Of a stretch of 64,000 bases of DNA, positions 1 to 12,379 are shown in pieces. Each line of letters opens with the position of its first letter. Position 1 is the stretch's first letter. The position numbers and the translations under genes were made by a program. The stretch is from contig BFEA01000017.1 of assembly GCA_003427395.1 (NCBI GenBank), positions 3,539,838 through 3,603,837 of the forward strand, written 5' to 3'. The DNA is from Chara braunii (taxonomy: Eukaryota; Plantae; Charophyceae). The notes below the pieces were generated by a model. That model was given only the letters and a program-made list of their open reading frames with translations. It was not told where the DNA came from and made no database searches.

Positions 1-3000
1 TTCTACCCTCTTTAAAATCATGTAGCTTATATAAAAGCGAGAACCAAATATCGCCTAAGATTGCAAAAAATCAGGTAAGCTTGATATAGCATGATTTGTA
101 ATCTACTACACGTGTGTTGGATCTTTGTAGGTAGCTATCTATTTCCGACACAACCAACGTAGTACAAGTTGCATCAAGGATAAAATAATATCCCCAAGCT
201 TGCCACTGAACTGCCTTCCTCCATCGACGACTTCTACCACCTCCGAAATTTTGTATCTAATATAAGAAGAAAATTGAGGTGTCTCCTGGAAAAATAGAAC
301 GCCAAATAAGCTATCATAGTTTAGCTAACTAGAGATTAAAGAAAATCGTGGCACAAACACTATAGGAGGCCATGCCACAACAACAAAGCCTAACCTCGGC
401 ATCCATGAACAACTCCTAGCGGCCCTCATACTAAACACAATATACCAGAGATGATATTTTATGATAAAAAACCCCAATGGTTGTCGTGATCTCCCTGCCA
501 AGACAATACATATCCCCGTAGGTTGTCATGGCATCCCACCTTGAGTTCGCTACTGGATTGCCATCCTTCCTCGACATGTCTCCAAATCTCTCTACCAGAC
601 CTCACGCTCCTGCTGCAAACAGGTTACATGGCTACACTCCAGCACCGGCCAACGTCGTTCTAGCATCAGTAAACCAAGATCACAGAACACAACTGCTTTG
701 ATGACGTCAACCCAGATTCTACCCTTTTTAAAATCATGTAGCTTATATAAAAGGAAAAACTAGATGTCGCTTAGGATTGCAAGAAATCAGGTACGCTTGA
801 TATAGCATGATTAGCTACATCATTAGTAATATACTAATATACTACACGTGCCCTGGATCAGCTATCTATCTTTTTGTACATCAAGGGGTAGAAAAATCTA
901 TTTTAGCATCGACAAACCATGAGTGCAAAACATCAGAGTCTTGCACGGCTTCGGACCGACTTCTACCACATCTAAAATTTTGTATCTAATATGAGAAGAA
1001 AACTGAGGTGTCTCCTGGAAAAATAGAGCGTTAAATAAGCTATCATAGTTTAGCTAATTACAGATTAAAAAAAATTGAGGCACAAACACTATAAGAGGCT
1101 ATGCCACAACAACAAAGCCTTACCTCGACATCCATGAATAACTCCTAGCCGCCCTCATACTAAACACAACATACCAGAGACAATATTTCCTAACCAAAAC
1201 CAGCAATGGTTGTCGTGATATCACTTTCAAGACGATATATATCCCCTTAGGTTGTCATGGCAGCCCCCCTCAGTTCGTCACTGGATTGCCATCCTCCCTC
1301 GACATATCCCCAAATCTCTCTACAAGGCCTCACGCTCCTGCTGCAAACAGGTCACAGGGATACACTCCAACACCGGCCAACATCGTTCTAGCATCAGGAA
1401 ACCAATAGCAAAGAACACAACTGCTTGATGACGTCACCCTCTTTAAAATCATGTAGCTTATATAAAAGGGAAAACCAAATGTTACCTAGGATTGCAAAAA
1501 ATGAGGTAAGCTTGATATAGCACGATTAGTAATATACTACACGTGCCCTGGATAAGCTATCTGTCTCCCAGACCCCCAACGTAGTACAAGTTACGTCAAG
1601 GTTTTAAAAAATCTATTTTAGCATCGGCAAACCAAGAACATAAAATATCACAACTTTGCACGACTTCGGACCGACTTCTACCACCTGTGAAATTTTGTAT
1701 CTAATATAAGAAGAAACTTGAGGTGTCTCCTGGAAAAATAGAACGCCGAATAAGCTATCATAATTCAGCTAATTTGAGATTAAAGAAAATCGTGGCACAA
1801 ACACTATAGGAGGCTATGCCACAACAACAAAGCCTAACCTCGACATCCATGAACAACTCATAGCCGCCCTCATACTAAACACAACATACCAGAGACGATA
1901 TTTCCTAACCAAAACCAGCAATGGTTGTCGTGATCTCCCTGCCAAGACGATACCCATCCTCTGAGGTTGTCATGGCTGGCCCCCCCCGGTTCGCCACTAG
2001 ATTGTCATCCTCCCTCAACATATCCCCAAATCTCTCTACCAGGTCTCACGCTCCTGCTGCAAACAGGTGACAGGGCTACACCTCAGCACCAGCCAACGTT
2101 GTTCCAGCATCAGTAAACCAAGAGCAGAAAACATAACTGCTTTGATGACATCAACCCAGATTCTACCCTCTTTAAAATCATGTTCATTATATAAAATTGA
2201 AAACCAAATATCGCCTAGGATTGCAAAAAAACAGGTAAGCTTGATATAGCATGATTAGTAATATACTACACGTGCCCTGGATCGGCTATTTGCCTCTCAG
2301 ACACCCAATGTAGTACAAGTTACATCAAGGGTTTGAAAAATATTTTTCAGCATCGGCAAACCAAGAGCACAAAACATCACAGATTTGCGCAGCTTCGGAC
2401 CGACTTCTAACACCTATGAAATTTTGTATTTAACATAAGAAGAAAATTGAGGTGTCTCCTGAAAAAATAGAACTCCAAATAAGTTATCATAGTTCAGCTA
2501 ATTAGAGATTAAAGAAAATCGTGGCACAAACATTATAGAAGGCTATGCCACAACAGCAAAGCCTAACCTCGACATCCATGAACAACTCCTAACCACCCTC
2601 ATACTTAACACAACATACCAGAGACGATATTTCCTAACCAAAACTAACAATGGTTATCGTGATCTCCCTGCCAAGACGATACCTATCCTCCTAGGTTGTC
2701 ATGGCGGCCCCCCCCCAAGTTCGTGACTAGATTGCCATCCTCCCTCGACATGTCGCCAAATCTCTCTACCAAGTCTCACGCTCCTCCTGCAAACAGGTCA
2801 CATGGCTACACTCAAGCACCGGCCAACGTCATTCTAGCATCAGTAAACCAAGAGCACATAACACAACAGTTACTGCTTTGATAACGTCAGCTTGGATTCT
2901 ACCCTCTTTAAAATCATGTAGCTTATATAAAAGGGAAAACCAGATGTCGCCTATGATTGCAAAAAATCAGGTAAGATTGATAGAGCATGATTAGTAATGT

Positions 3001-3830
3001 ACTACATGTGAGTTGGATCCTTGAAGACAACTATCTGTCCTCCAGACACCCAATGTAGTATAGGTTTTATCAAGGGTTAGAAATTTCTCTTTTAACATCG
3101 GCAGACCAAGAGCACAAAACATCACAACTTTGAACGGTTTTGGACCAACTTCCACCATCTCTGAAACTTCGTATCTAACATAACAAAAAAATCGAGGTAT
3201 CTCCTGGGAAGATTGAACGCCAAATAAGCTATCATAGTTCAACTAATTAGAAATTAAAGAAAATCGTGGCACAAACACTATAGGAGGCTATGCCACAACA
3301 GCAAAGCCTAACCTCGGTATCCATGAATAACACCTAGCTGCCCTCATACTAAACACAACATACCATAGACGATATTTCCTAACTAAAACCAGCAATGGTT
3401 GTCGTGATCTCCCTGTCAAGATGATACCTATCCCCTTAGATTGTCATGGCAACCCCCTTCCCCAGTTCGCCACTGGATCGCCATCCTCCCTCGACATATC
3501 CCCAGATCTCTCAACTAGGCCTCACACTCCTGCTGCAAAAAGGTCACAGAGTTACACTCTGGCACAAACCAACGTCGTTCTAGCATTAGTAAACCAAGAG
3601 CACATAACACAACTGCTTTGATGACATCAACCCGAATTCTACCCTCTTTAAAATCATGTAGCTTATATAAAAGGGAAAACAAGATGTCGCCTAGGATTGC
3701 AAAAAATCAGGTAAGCTTGATATAGCATGATTAGTAATATACTATACGTGAGTTGGATCTTTGAAGACAACCATCTGTCTCCTAGACACCCAGCGTAGTA
3801 CAGGTTACATCAAGGGTTAGAAAAATCCCC
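1..3830 (-). repeat. Tandem array of a ~720-740 bp unit (about 5.2 copies), the internal repeat of non-coding retroposon copy A; array runs off the window start
   Basis: Marker ttctaccctctttaaaatcatgtagc recurs at ~1, 717, 1436, 2161, 2897 and 3637. The reverse complement of the unit matches 18940-19140, 19500-19700 and 53100-53220. Confidence 0.9.
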
Positions 3831-5197
3831 CTTCTCNCCCCCCCCCCCCCCTCCTTCCCCCACCTACCCCAACGTTGCCTCCTCCGAAATGGATTGCCCC
3901 GAGACCTTTTTTTCCCCCCTCCATCTTATAAAGGCATATAGTTCCCACTCAAAGTATGCCTTTGTGTCCTATATAGCCCTAATATGCCACCGTTGGGATG
4001 TGTACCCACACCGCTGCCCTAAAATAGGACAACCACTTAATTCTGCCCTCATCCCCTTCAAGGCTTCACCTCCCCCTTGTGTCACCCCTGGAGAGTGAAA
4101 CTCTCCATTGCTACCTCAAATCTCCGTCGGAAAAAACATTGACGCCCAAGGAGGAGGAAACAGATTAATAATAGAAAGAACTATAAAGTGGAGAAATTTA
4201 CTAGATAAATTAGGTATCCATATAATAACAATTAAAGTCATACTTGAATACTATGAAAAATGCAGTGAAAATTCCAAAAGAAAATCAGACATGAAACGCC
4301 TGTGACCAGATTGAAAGAACTAGGGAATAATAAAGGATACAACAATCAATGACTAATTAATTATGAATTTTTGAAATATCATATAGGTCAATTTAATGCG
4401 AAATCCAAGATTCAAAGATAGACATGATCGAGAATATACTCAGATGTTAGTTGAGATGTTAATCAAATATGATATTATTCGGATGTTAGTTGAGATATTA
4501 ATTAAACATGGTGATTATGATGACTATGATGATAACTGAATTGGTTTTTAAAATTACGATTGAGTGATTGTATTATGACAAATTAAAAAGTAGATAGGAA
4601 AGAAAATCCCGAGTAGATAGCAAGTTACTTGAGAAAGAAACTTGATGAAAATAACTAGATTACAAAGGATTGAAATATGTGAGGAATCCTCCCTACCCCC
4701 ACCCCTTTTATCCCTATTCTCTCTTCCCCCCTATACCCCACGCTTCTCTCCCATTATCCCCCTCCTTTACCCTCTTTGTACCCCTTCCTTTCCCCCACCC
4801 CTCCCCCCGCTACTTCATCTGTTTAAGCCTCCGATCATGTGGATTGGCGTTTTTTTGACACTTGTCTCACTAAAATGAATTTTGGTCCTAACATACATCA
4901 TTGGGTAAATATCTTACACTTCAATGTCACAACGAGAGTATAAGTGAATGGTTTTTTATCTCTGAAGATCCATCTTCAACGATCGGTCAGACAAGGAGAC
5001 CCTTTGACCCCCTTTCTGATTCTAATCATTATGGAGGCACGAAGGGCTAATCTTCGGTCTAGTTACAAATCTCTGGTATTCCAAAAGAAGCTATACCCAT
5101 TAGTTCGATATTTGCAGATGACATAACTATAATGTTGGAAACCTTTGTATCAAATATGGAGGAGATCCGATCGTTAATGGATAGATTTCCCAAGGTC

Positions 5198-5700
5198 TTT
5201 CTTTCTTTCCTTTTTTTTTTTTTTTTTTTTTTTTGAATAGGTCGTTAAGGTCCTGACTCCTTGTCCATTCTGGGGAGTGTCAGTCTGGTTCCCATTCCAC
5301 CGGCAAGTCAGATGGTATTACATTAAAAACACACTCACACGCTCCTCTCTCTTCTGGTGTGGAGGCCCAAGGCCGACATTAATCACTTCCAACCGGAAGG
5401 ATGTACCGCTCCTTACCCCTGCCTAAGTTAGCCTGTACTATTTCTCTCCTACCCTTCGCTGCTGGACTAGAGATCCATTTACTCTACGCTTAAAGCCTGA
5501 CCACTCGGGCTCTGTCTCGTTTGTTCCTCTCAGCTTCTTGACTCTCTGATTGACCTTTCTTGCAAGAACTGTTGACTTGGCCTTTTGTGGCGCTTTTTAT
5601 TGGGTTTTACCTCCAGTTGGTACAAATTTGTTCTATGGTCATTTAGCAAAACACGTACCAAACTTCTACAAAGACAAATTTCAACCTTTTTATGGAGAGG
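5198..5700 (-). mobile_element. Probable 5'-truncated poly(A) retroelement 3' end inserted antisense in the LINE relic
   Basis: T-rich tract at 5198-5234 interrupts the RT region, preceded on the minus strand by TGTAA and stem-loop-forming sequence. The 5' limit is uncertain. Confidence 0.45.
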
Positions 5701-6383
5701 TAATCATGAACAAGAGAAGGTTATTCCAAGGGTAGCCTAACTCCCTCTCATCCAACCCAAAGCACGAGGGGGGTTCAAGTTAGGAATCTCATACCTCACC
5801 CTTCAAAGTAAAGCACTTTCTTTACAGTCACTGTGGGTCAATAATCTGATCCTCTCCATAGACAAACCTTGGATAAGGCTGGCCTTGGAGCAACTCAGGA
5901 AGCTGGCCCTCGCCGCCCTCCCGTCTACAGATGGCACGCATCCTCTTTCATGGATTGAGGACAAATACTGGAGTACACCTAGAGGGTGGCCTCCGTCCAA
6001 GGTTGAACGGAGCAGAGCGGCAGCTAGAAATGATCTGCTTTTTGATAACATATGGGTGTCATTATTGAAAACTTGGCGGCAACTTCCCTTGCCCAATAAA
6101 CCTTTTCCCTCAAGGTATGTGGAGTGTCGCCTCCACCACTCTTTGGTAATAGATGGATTAGGGACAACTATGGATGTGTACTGAATAGTTCAGCCATACC
6201 ATAGTCACGCGGGGTCAAATGGGGGGTGTTGAGGACTAAGGATTTGTGGGATTCATCAAAGAAAGACTGTAAAACAGTTGACCAATTGAGAAAGACTCTT
6301 TATTATGCCCACCACTGCCAACAACATGCAGATTGTCAAGAACAAGTAATCCTTGTTATCTCTCTGGCGTGGGTACAAATCTT

Positions 6384-6537
6384 AAACCACCAGTACTTCC
6401 TAAAGTTGTTCCCATCAACAGGCCACAATTTTAGGAAACATACGGGCCACTACAGGAGCGCCCAAATTCATCCGACTAGAAGCGTTTCTACTTTATTTCT
6501 TTCCACGGCGGATAGCAGGGCCAAGTACTGGTGGTTT
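6384..6537. mobile_element. Small MITE with 15-bp TIR AAACCACCAGTACTT
   Basis: aaaccaccagtactt (6384) ... aagtactggtggttt (6537). The internal gggccactac-ggagcgcccaaattcatc unit recurs at 22180-22600. Confidence 0.7.
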
Positions 6538-7039
6538 CTAAGAAAGGAATTGTTTTCCGGGAAGCGGATTGGATGGTTGTTTTCTCCCCCGATGACCAGT
6601 CTATGATAGGACAGATTGTTCACTTGCTCTCGGATGGAGCCCTGGTAAGCCTGTTTATGCTAAATAGGGACCACCTCCTTTCCCCGGGTCCCTCCCCAGA
6701 GGATCGTGTGTACATTTCGTCAATTCAGGGATGGAGGGTGTACCACCCCAAGACCCCAATTGCAAACCTCCCTCTTGACCCGGAAGAATGGATTTGGCAG
6801 ATTAAGTTGAAGCCGCCTGCCATTATGACTGGGCCATCATCTTGCAGCTGCTGGAAAAGGGAGAGTCGTAGGTTTATTTTACCTATCGGTTTGTTGGGTG
6901 CATTACCGTGCATATACACAGACCAAGTAAAATTCATCCTCTTCATACGCTACCTTAAGACTAACCCCCCCCCCCCCCCCCCCCCCCAAAAGAAAAAAAA
7001 AAGACTAACCCACCTTCATTGCTGCCTGTCATAGTCCAC

Positions 7040-7330
7040 AGTTTGTGGTCTTCTGAGTTTGGAGGAGAGGGGGAGGCAGATTGCTACACCTGCTGATGCC
7101 CTCTCCTTTGTGGGCGCCTCGTAGCTTACATATATGGCCAGATGAACTTTGCTTGTGCTGTGTGTGCCGGGGTGTCCTGCAGGTGTGTCTCTTGAACACA
7201 CACTGCATCGGGCCAACCCCCATTGACCGGGTTCTTTAACATACTCCATATGGCGGTTTTTTTCTTTGCTTTTGCTTGGATTAATCCATAATTGACAGTC
7301 AGCGAGCAGATGTCAATGTCCGCCATGGCT
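7040..7330 (-). pseudogene. LINE ORF2 N-terminal APE endonuclease fragment
   Basis: ICSLTVN..GL, AVCVQETHL and SAGVAICL motifs in frameshifted minus-strand frames. Confidence 0.65.
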
Positions 7331-8069
7331 AGCTTCACTGCCCATTGGGGATGCCTCCTGACCGGGGGGGGGGCGGGGGGTGCTGGGAGGGGTCGGGGAG
7401 TTGCGGAGGCTGTAGGGGTTGTGATACCATCATAATTGGGTCCCAAAGGGGGGTGGCTGAGACTTTGGGGTTGGGGCGGGGTCCAGACTTGAGGGTCAGG
7501 AGGTTGGGCAGATTGTGAAGCCACTAGCTGCTGTCCTCTCATAGTTTGGCTCATTTGGGTCAATGGATGTGTGTGTCCTTCCAATTTTATTACTGTGTCC
7601 TCTTTCTATGCTCAATCCAAACTCTTGACTGGGAGGACAAACCGGGGGTCGTCCCATTGATTAGTCCTTTTGTGTTTGTTAACTTTGTTATTACTACGAC
7701 CCTTTCCTCTTTTTGTTCCGACGCGGTAGATATAAACTCTCTTCTTGTAGTTGGCATTTTGTATAAAGTTATAAACTTTAGACAAGTGTTGCCAGCTCCT
7801 TTTTTTCTGCATATGGATGCCTTTTGCTACAGGGGAGGGGCTCCACCTCACAGAGAAGGATTGGAGGCCTTGCTGCCTCTGAATCTAAAACTCTCTTCAT
7901 CCTGTGTATATTGCCTTGGGCACGGGAACCTAATAAAGAACTTTTGTTTACAAAAGTAATATAAGATTATATGCTGGTTTCTTTTTGCTTTCTGATGGAA
8001 CTGTTCAGAATCTCTGTGGAGCCCGCAGAGCCATCCACCAGGAACACTGCCCGGTCTGATCTGTCACAG

Positions 8070-8472
8070 GCGGGCGCTGCCATGCGAGTGCTGCTGGGCA
8101 GGCACTGCCATGCGACAACTGCTGGGCGGGCACTGCCATGCAAGCGCTGCTGGGCGGACATGCGTTGCCATGCGAGCGCTGTTGGGTGGGCATGAGCACT
8201 GTTGGGCGGGTGGGCGCTGCCATGCGGGCGCCGCCAGGCGGGGGCTGCCATGCGAGCGCTGCTGGGCGGGCGCTGCCATGCGAGCGCTGCCGGGCGGGCG
8301 CTGCCATGTGAGCACTGCCATGCGGGCGCTGCCATGCGAGTGCTGCTGGGCGGGCGCTGCCATGTGAGCGCTGCTGGGCGGGCGCTGCCATGCGCGTGCT
8401 GCTGGGCGGACATGCGTTGCCATGCGACTCGGAGCGCTGTTGGGTGGGCATGAGCACTGTTGGGCGGGCGGC
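8070..8472. repeat. GC-rich minisatellite, ~28-bp unit (gggcgggcgctgccatgcgagcgctgct)
   Basis: About 14 imperfect direct copies. It explains the repetitive ORFs in all frames here. Confidence 0.9.
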
Positions 8473-8771
8473 TATGAACAAGGGCTGATGAGAACGGAGG
8501 GTGAGAAGGCAGACGATATCTAAGAAGTCACTTGGTGTTCCCCTGCCTCTTGAACGCACATTGTTGCAATCTTCTTGCTTCGTGTTCCATCCAGTGATGC
8601 TGCAGGTTAGCATACGACATGGAGGGGGGCCTGCTTTCGATTGAAAGTGAGGTTTCATGACGAGTCACTCATGCTCTTTAGCTTGCGTTCATCTTCTTAG
8701 GTGGAGGGAGGTCGGCTGAGGCAAGTGAAAAACAGAAGGAGTGGGAGGAGGATTGGCAGGAGACATCCAGT

Positions 8772-9078
8772 AATAGCAATTTCGTCAAAACGGACATATT
8801 TTATTTTTTGAACGAAATTGAAAACTAAAAAATCGGTCCGATTTAGGTCGATATTTTCAGCTCCAGGGGGTACGACGTTCTGAAAACGCCCTACCCCATG
8901 GATGCAAACTAAGTCCAGATACATCCAGGCCCTTGGAGTCCAGCTAAGTCTAGATACATCCAAGGGGTAAGACGCCGGACCCTCAAGAGCTTGAAATTTC
9001 CACCTAAATCTCTCTAATTTATGAGGTTTCAATTTCGTTCAAAAAATAAAATATGTCTATTTTGACGAAATTGTTGTT
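8772..9078. mobile_element. MITE with long TIRs and a 4-bp TSD (CAGT)
   Basis: aatagcaatttcgtcaaaa ... ttttgacgaaattgttgtt, with ~50-bp TIR. cagt at 8768-8771 and 9079-9082. Same TIR family as 50251-50593. Confidence 0.85.
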
Positions 9079-9263
9079 CAGTGTGTTTTTTGAAGAAAGG
9101 TTCTGCGTCATCTTCATCATCATCAGCAACATAATCAGGGAGGATCATTATAGGCTCATCATGCTTTTCATTAGCAGCACAAATGTTATCGCCATCATCA
9201 ACAACATTGTGAGAGAAATACGTGTCAGGGTTATTATCTTGATCATCAAAGTACGGGAGGTTG

Positions 9264-9579
9264 TGTAGCGGACCCACCAGGTGTGGTGCTCCGCTAGTGA
9301 CACAGAGATGGATATAGAGGAAGAAGGGGGGGGGAGCGAGATGGCACAACGCAGCTCCCCACGCAAGACTCCAACGCACGTACTCCAAAATGTGCAAGTG
9401 AAGAATGAGACTGAAAACAGACAATGGTTGGGGTATACCCCAATGGACTGACGGGACTGGACTGGACTGGCTGGTACCGACAGAGGTACCGGCCTGGACT
9501 GGCCTACCCCGAATACAACACAGGCCTATGAGAACAGGCCAAGGGGCTGGTCTCACAGGCCAACCCGAGGTCCGCTACA
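9264..9579 (-). repeat. 3' LTR (316 bp)
   Basis: Direct repeat of 17708-18006 with one 17-bp indel and roughly a dozen substitutions. Confidence 0.95.
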
Positions 9580-10766
9580 CGATCCTTGGCCTGTGATGGA
9601 TCGCCTATATACAAACATGCTTCCGCCAAGAAGCGGAACTCTACCAAAGAAAAGAAAACCTGAGTAGTCTAGGATGCGGAGCAAGCTCCATGCTGAGTCC
9701 ATGCGATGCAACCTAGGATATAAAATGTCACAAAACANCAATGTCACAGCTAACAGCCTAAGTGAAAGTAGAAGCAACTAACTAACATAGATGTCCTAGG
9801 AAAGCAAAAGCAACTAACTAGCATACATGTNNNNNNNNNNNNNNNNNNNNNNNNNNNNNNNNNNNNNNNNNNNNNNNNNNNNNNNNNNNNNNNNNNNNNN
9901 NNNNNNNNNNNNNNNNNNNNNNNNNNNNNNNNNNNNNNNNNNNNNNNNNNNNNNNNNNNNNNNNNNNNNNNNNNNNNNNNNNNNNNNNNNNNNNNNNNNN
10001 NNNNNNNNNNNNNNNNNNNNNNNNNNNNNNNNNNNNNNNNNNNNNNNNNNNNNNNNNNNNNNNNNNNNNNNNNNNNNNNNNNNNNNNNNNNNNNNNNNNN
10101 NNNNNNNNNNNNNNNNNNNNNNNNNNNNNNNNNNNNNNNNNNNNNNNNNNNNNNNNNNNNNNNNNNNNNNNNNNNNNNNNNNNNNNNNNNNNNNNNNNNN
10201 NNNNNNNNNNNNNNNNNNNNNNNNNNNNNNNNNNNNNNNNNNNNNNNNNNNNNNNNNNNNNNNNNNNNNNNNNNNNNNNNNNNNNNNNNNNNNNNNNNNN
10301 NNNNNNNNNNNNNNNNNNNNNNNNNNNNNNNNNNNNNNNNNNNNNNNNNNNNNNNNNNNNNNNNNNNNNNNNNNNNNNNNNNNNNNNNNNNNNNNNNNNN
10401 NNNNNNNNNNNNNNNNNNNNNNNNNNNNNNNNNNNNNNNNNNNNNNNNNNNNNNNNNNNNNNNNNNNNNNNNNNNNNNNNNNNNNNNNNNNNNNNNNNNN
10501 NNNNNNNNNNNNNNNNNNNNNNNNNNNNNNNNNNNNNNNNNNNNNNNNNNNNNNNNNNNNNNNNNNNNNNNNNNNNNNNNNNNNNNNNNNNNNNNNNNNN
10601 NNNNNNNNNNNNNNNNNNNNNNNNNNNNNNNNNNNNNNNNNNNNNNNNNNNNNNNNNNNNNNNNNNNNNNNNNNNNNNNNNNNNNNNNNNNNNNNNNNNN
10701 NNNNNNNNNNNNNNNNNNNNNNNNNNNNNNNNNNNNNNNNNNNNNNNNNNNNNNNNNNNNNNNNNN

Positions 10767-12273
10767 CACGACGAGCACGGTCATAGGCACTCACCAACAT
10801 GCGAGCGTGCTGCAAGTGCTCGAGGGGCTCCCAGGTAGCCTCCTCATCAGGGTAACCCTTCCAACGTACGAGATACTCGACGTGGGGAGGGTTGTCGTCG
10901 GTGACTCGGCGACCAATGATGTCTGAAACGAGGAACTCCTCGTGGTCGTCCACCATGAGGGGTGGAGGGCGCTCGTATGGTCGTCCAGTGAAACGCTCAG
11001 ACGGTCTGCGGTAAGGACGTAGTAACGAGACGTGGTAGACATGATGCACACGAGCCTGGCGTAGGTAGTTGGGCAACTTCACACGAAAGTTGACCGGGCT
11101 AGATGTCGTATCAGAACCGACGGCCTGGAGGATGCGGCATGGGCCAAAGAAGCGACGCCGAAACTTGCGAAGCGTGTCCGCTTCGATCTGTAAGTGGCGG
11201 GTGTCAATAAGCACATCTTCACCGACTTTGACTGGATGGTCCATCCTCGATCGGTTCGCACGTGCTGCCATGCGAGTCTGGGAAGCGGCTATGTGCTCAT
11301 GTGCGGTCTTCATGATCGACGTCATGTGTGCAACCCAATCATCCAGCGGGGGACAACTCGTGTCGGTGTGCATCTGTGACGGTCGAAGAAAGTCTGCGGG
11401 AACACGAGGGTGATAGCCGAGGTCGCAATAGTAAGATGACATCCCCGTGGCTGGCGAGACGGCGTGGTTGTAGGCTATCTCCGCGTGGGCAAGATGGAGG
11501 TCCCACTGCTGGTCGTCACGAACAATCATTCGGAGAGTATCTCCGAAAGTCCTGTTCGTGATCTCGGTCTGACCATCAGTCTGAGGATGGTAAGACGACG
11601 AGAAGCGGAGCTGAGTGCCGTACACCTCGCGGAGCCGTCGCCAGAATTGGCTGGTAAAGCGCGGATCACGGTCAGATATGATGCTCAGAGGTAAGCCGTG
11701 GTCACGCACAACTCGGTCAAATACGATGCCGGCGACCTCACGTGCACTGATGGCATAGCGGCACGGAACAAAGCGTGCACGCTTTGTGAAGCGGTCGACA
11801 ACGACCAGAATAGCATCATGACCGTGGGGGGTCGGAGGTCGAAGAGGACCGATACAGTCCATCGAGATGGACTGCCAACGACCCTCAGGGATAGGAAGAG
11901 GCTGGAGCAAACCATAAGGTAGGTGGTTCGCACTGTTCATCTCCTGACAGGTGGGATACTCTGCGACGTAGTCCTTCACAAAGTCCTTGCGCTTCGGCCA
12001 GACGTACAGGCGGCTCACACGAGCCAACGTCTTGTGGAAGCCCATATGACCGGCGGCTGCCTGGTCATGGAACTCTGCTACTGCTCGGACACGTAGCTGT
12101 CCAGTGGAGGGAACGCAAATACGGGGCTCTCTGGTGCCCTGTGAAACGTGCCAGTACATGGGACCGTTGTCCCCGAGAGAGTAGTTCGGGACGGTCTTGC
12201 TGCTCCGAAGGGTCGCGTGGATGTCGCGATAGTCGGGGCAGTGGCGGTACTGAGTGCGAAACTCGTCGATCAC
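10767..12273 (-). CDS. Gypsy integrase (HHCC partly decayed, DDE core, GPY/F) plus C-terminal chromodomain
   Basis: HD..GHMG, WQSISMD, IISDRDPRFTS, QTDGQTE, FFGP, EFLVSDII..EYLVRWKGYPDEEATWEP. Confidence 0.9.
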
Positions 12274-12379
12274 CGAGTGGTGGACGGTGGTGACCGAGAT
12301 GAAAGAGAGTTGGATCTGCTCCTGGTCGTGGTCAGGGCGCCGGGATAGGGCATCTGCGACCCGATTAGTCTCACCCTTG

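Larger units (their letters stand above)
4830..6960 (+). pseudogene. Degraded L1/Tx1-type LINE ORF2 fragment (RT and downstream region) with nested insertions
   Basis: VNGFLS..IHLQRSVRQGDPLTPFL and FADD (tttgcagatgac, ~5111) motifs. Downstream W-rich segments (LRTKDLWD, LDPEEWIW) resemble ORF2 at 33235-35436. Confidence 0.8.

Noticed and set aside
1-3830. Hammerhead ribozymes or Penelope pseudo-LTR interpretation of the tandem units
   Set aside because: No CTGANGA..GAAA core with flanking stems was seen on either strand, and no GIY-YIG or RT remnant was recognised.
5240-5290. Further pseudoknot copy on the minus strand (actcc..ggagt)
   Set aside because: It can equally fold as a simple hairpin and lacks the upstream GGGAC stem-loop, so it was not counted.
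7967-8658. Repetitive ORFs up to 217 aa
   Set aside because: They are artefacts of a stop-free 28-bp GC-rich minisatellite and are open in several frames.
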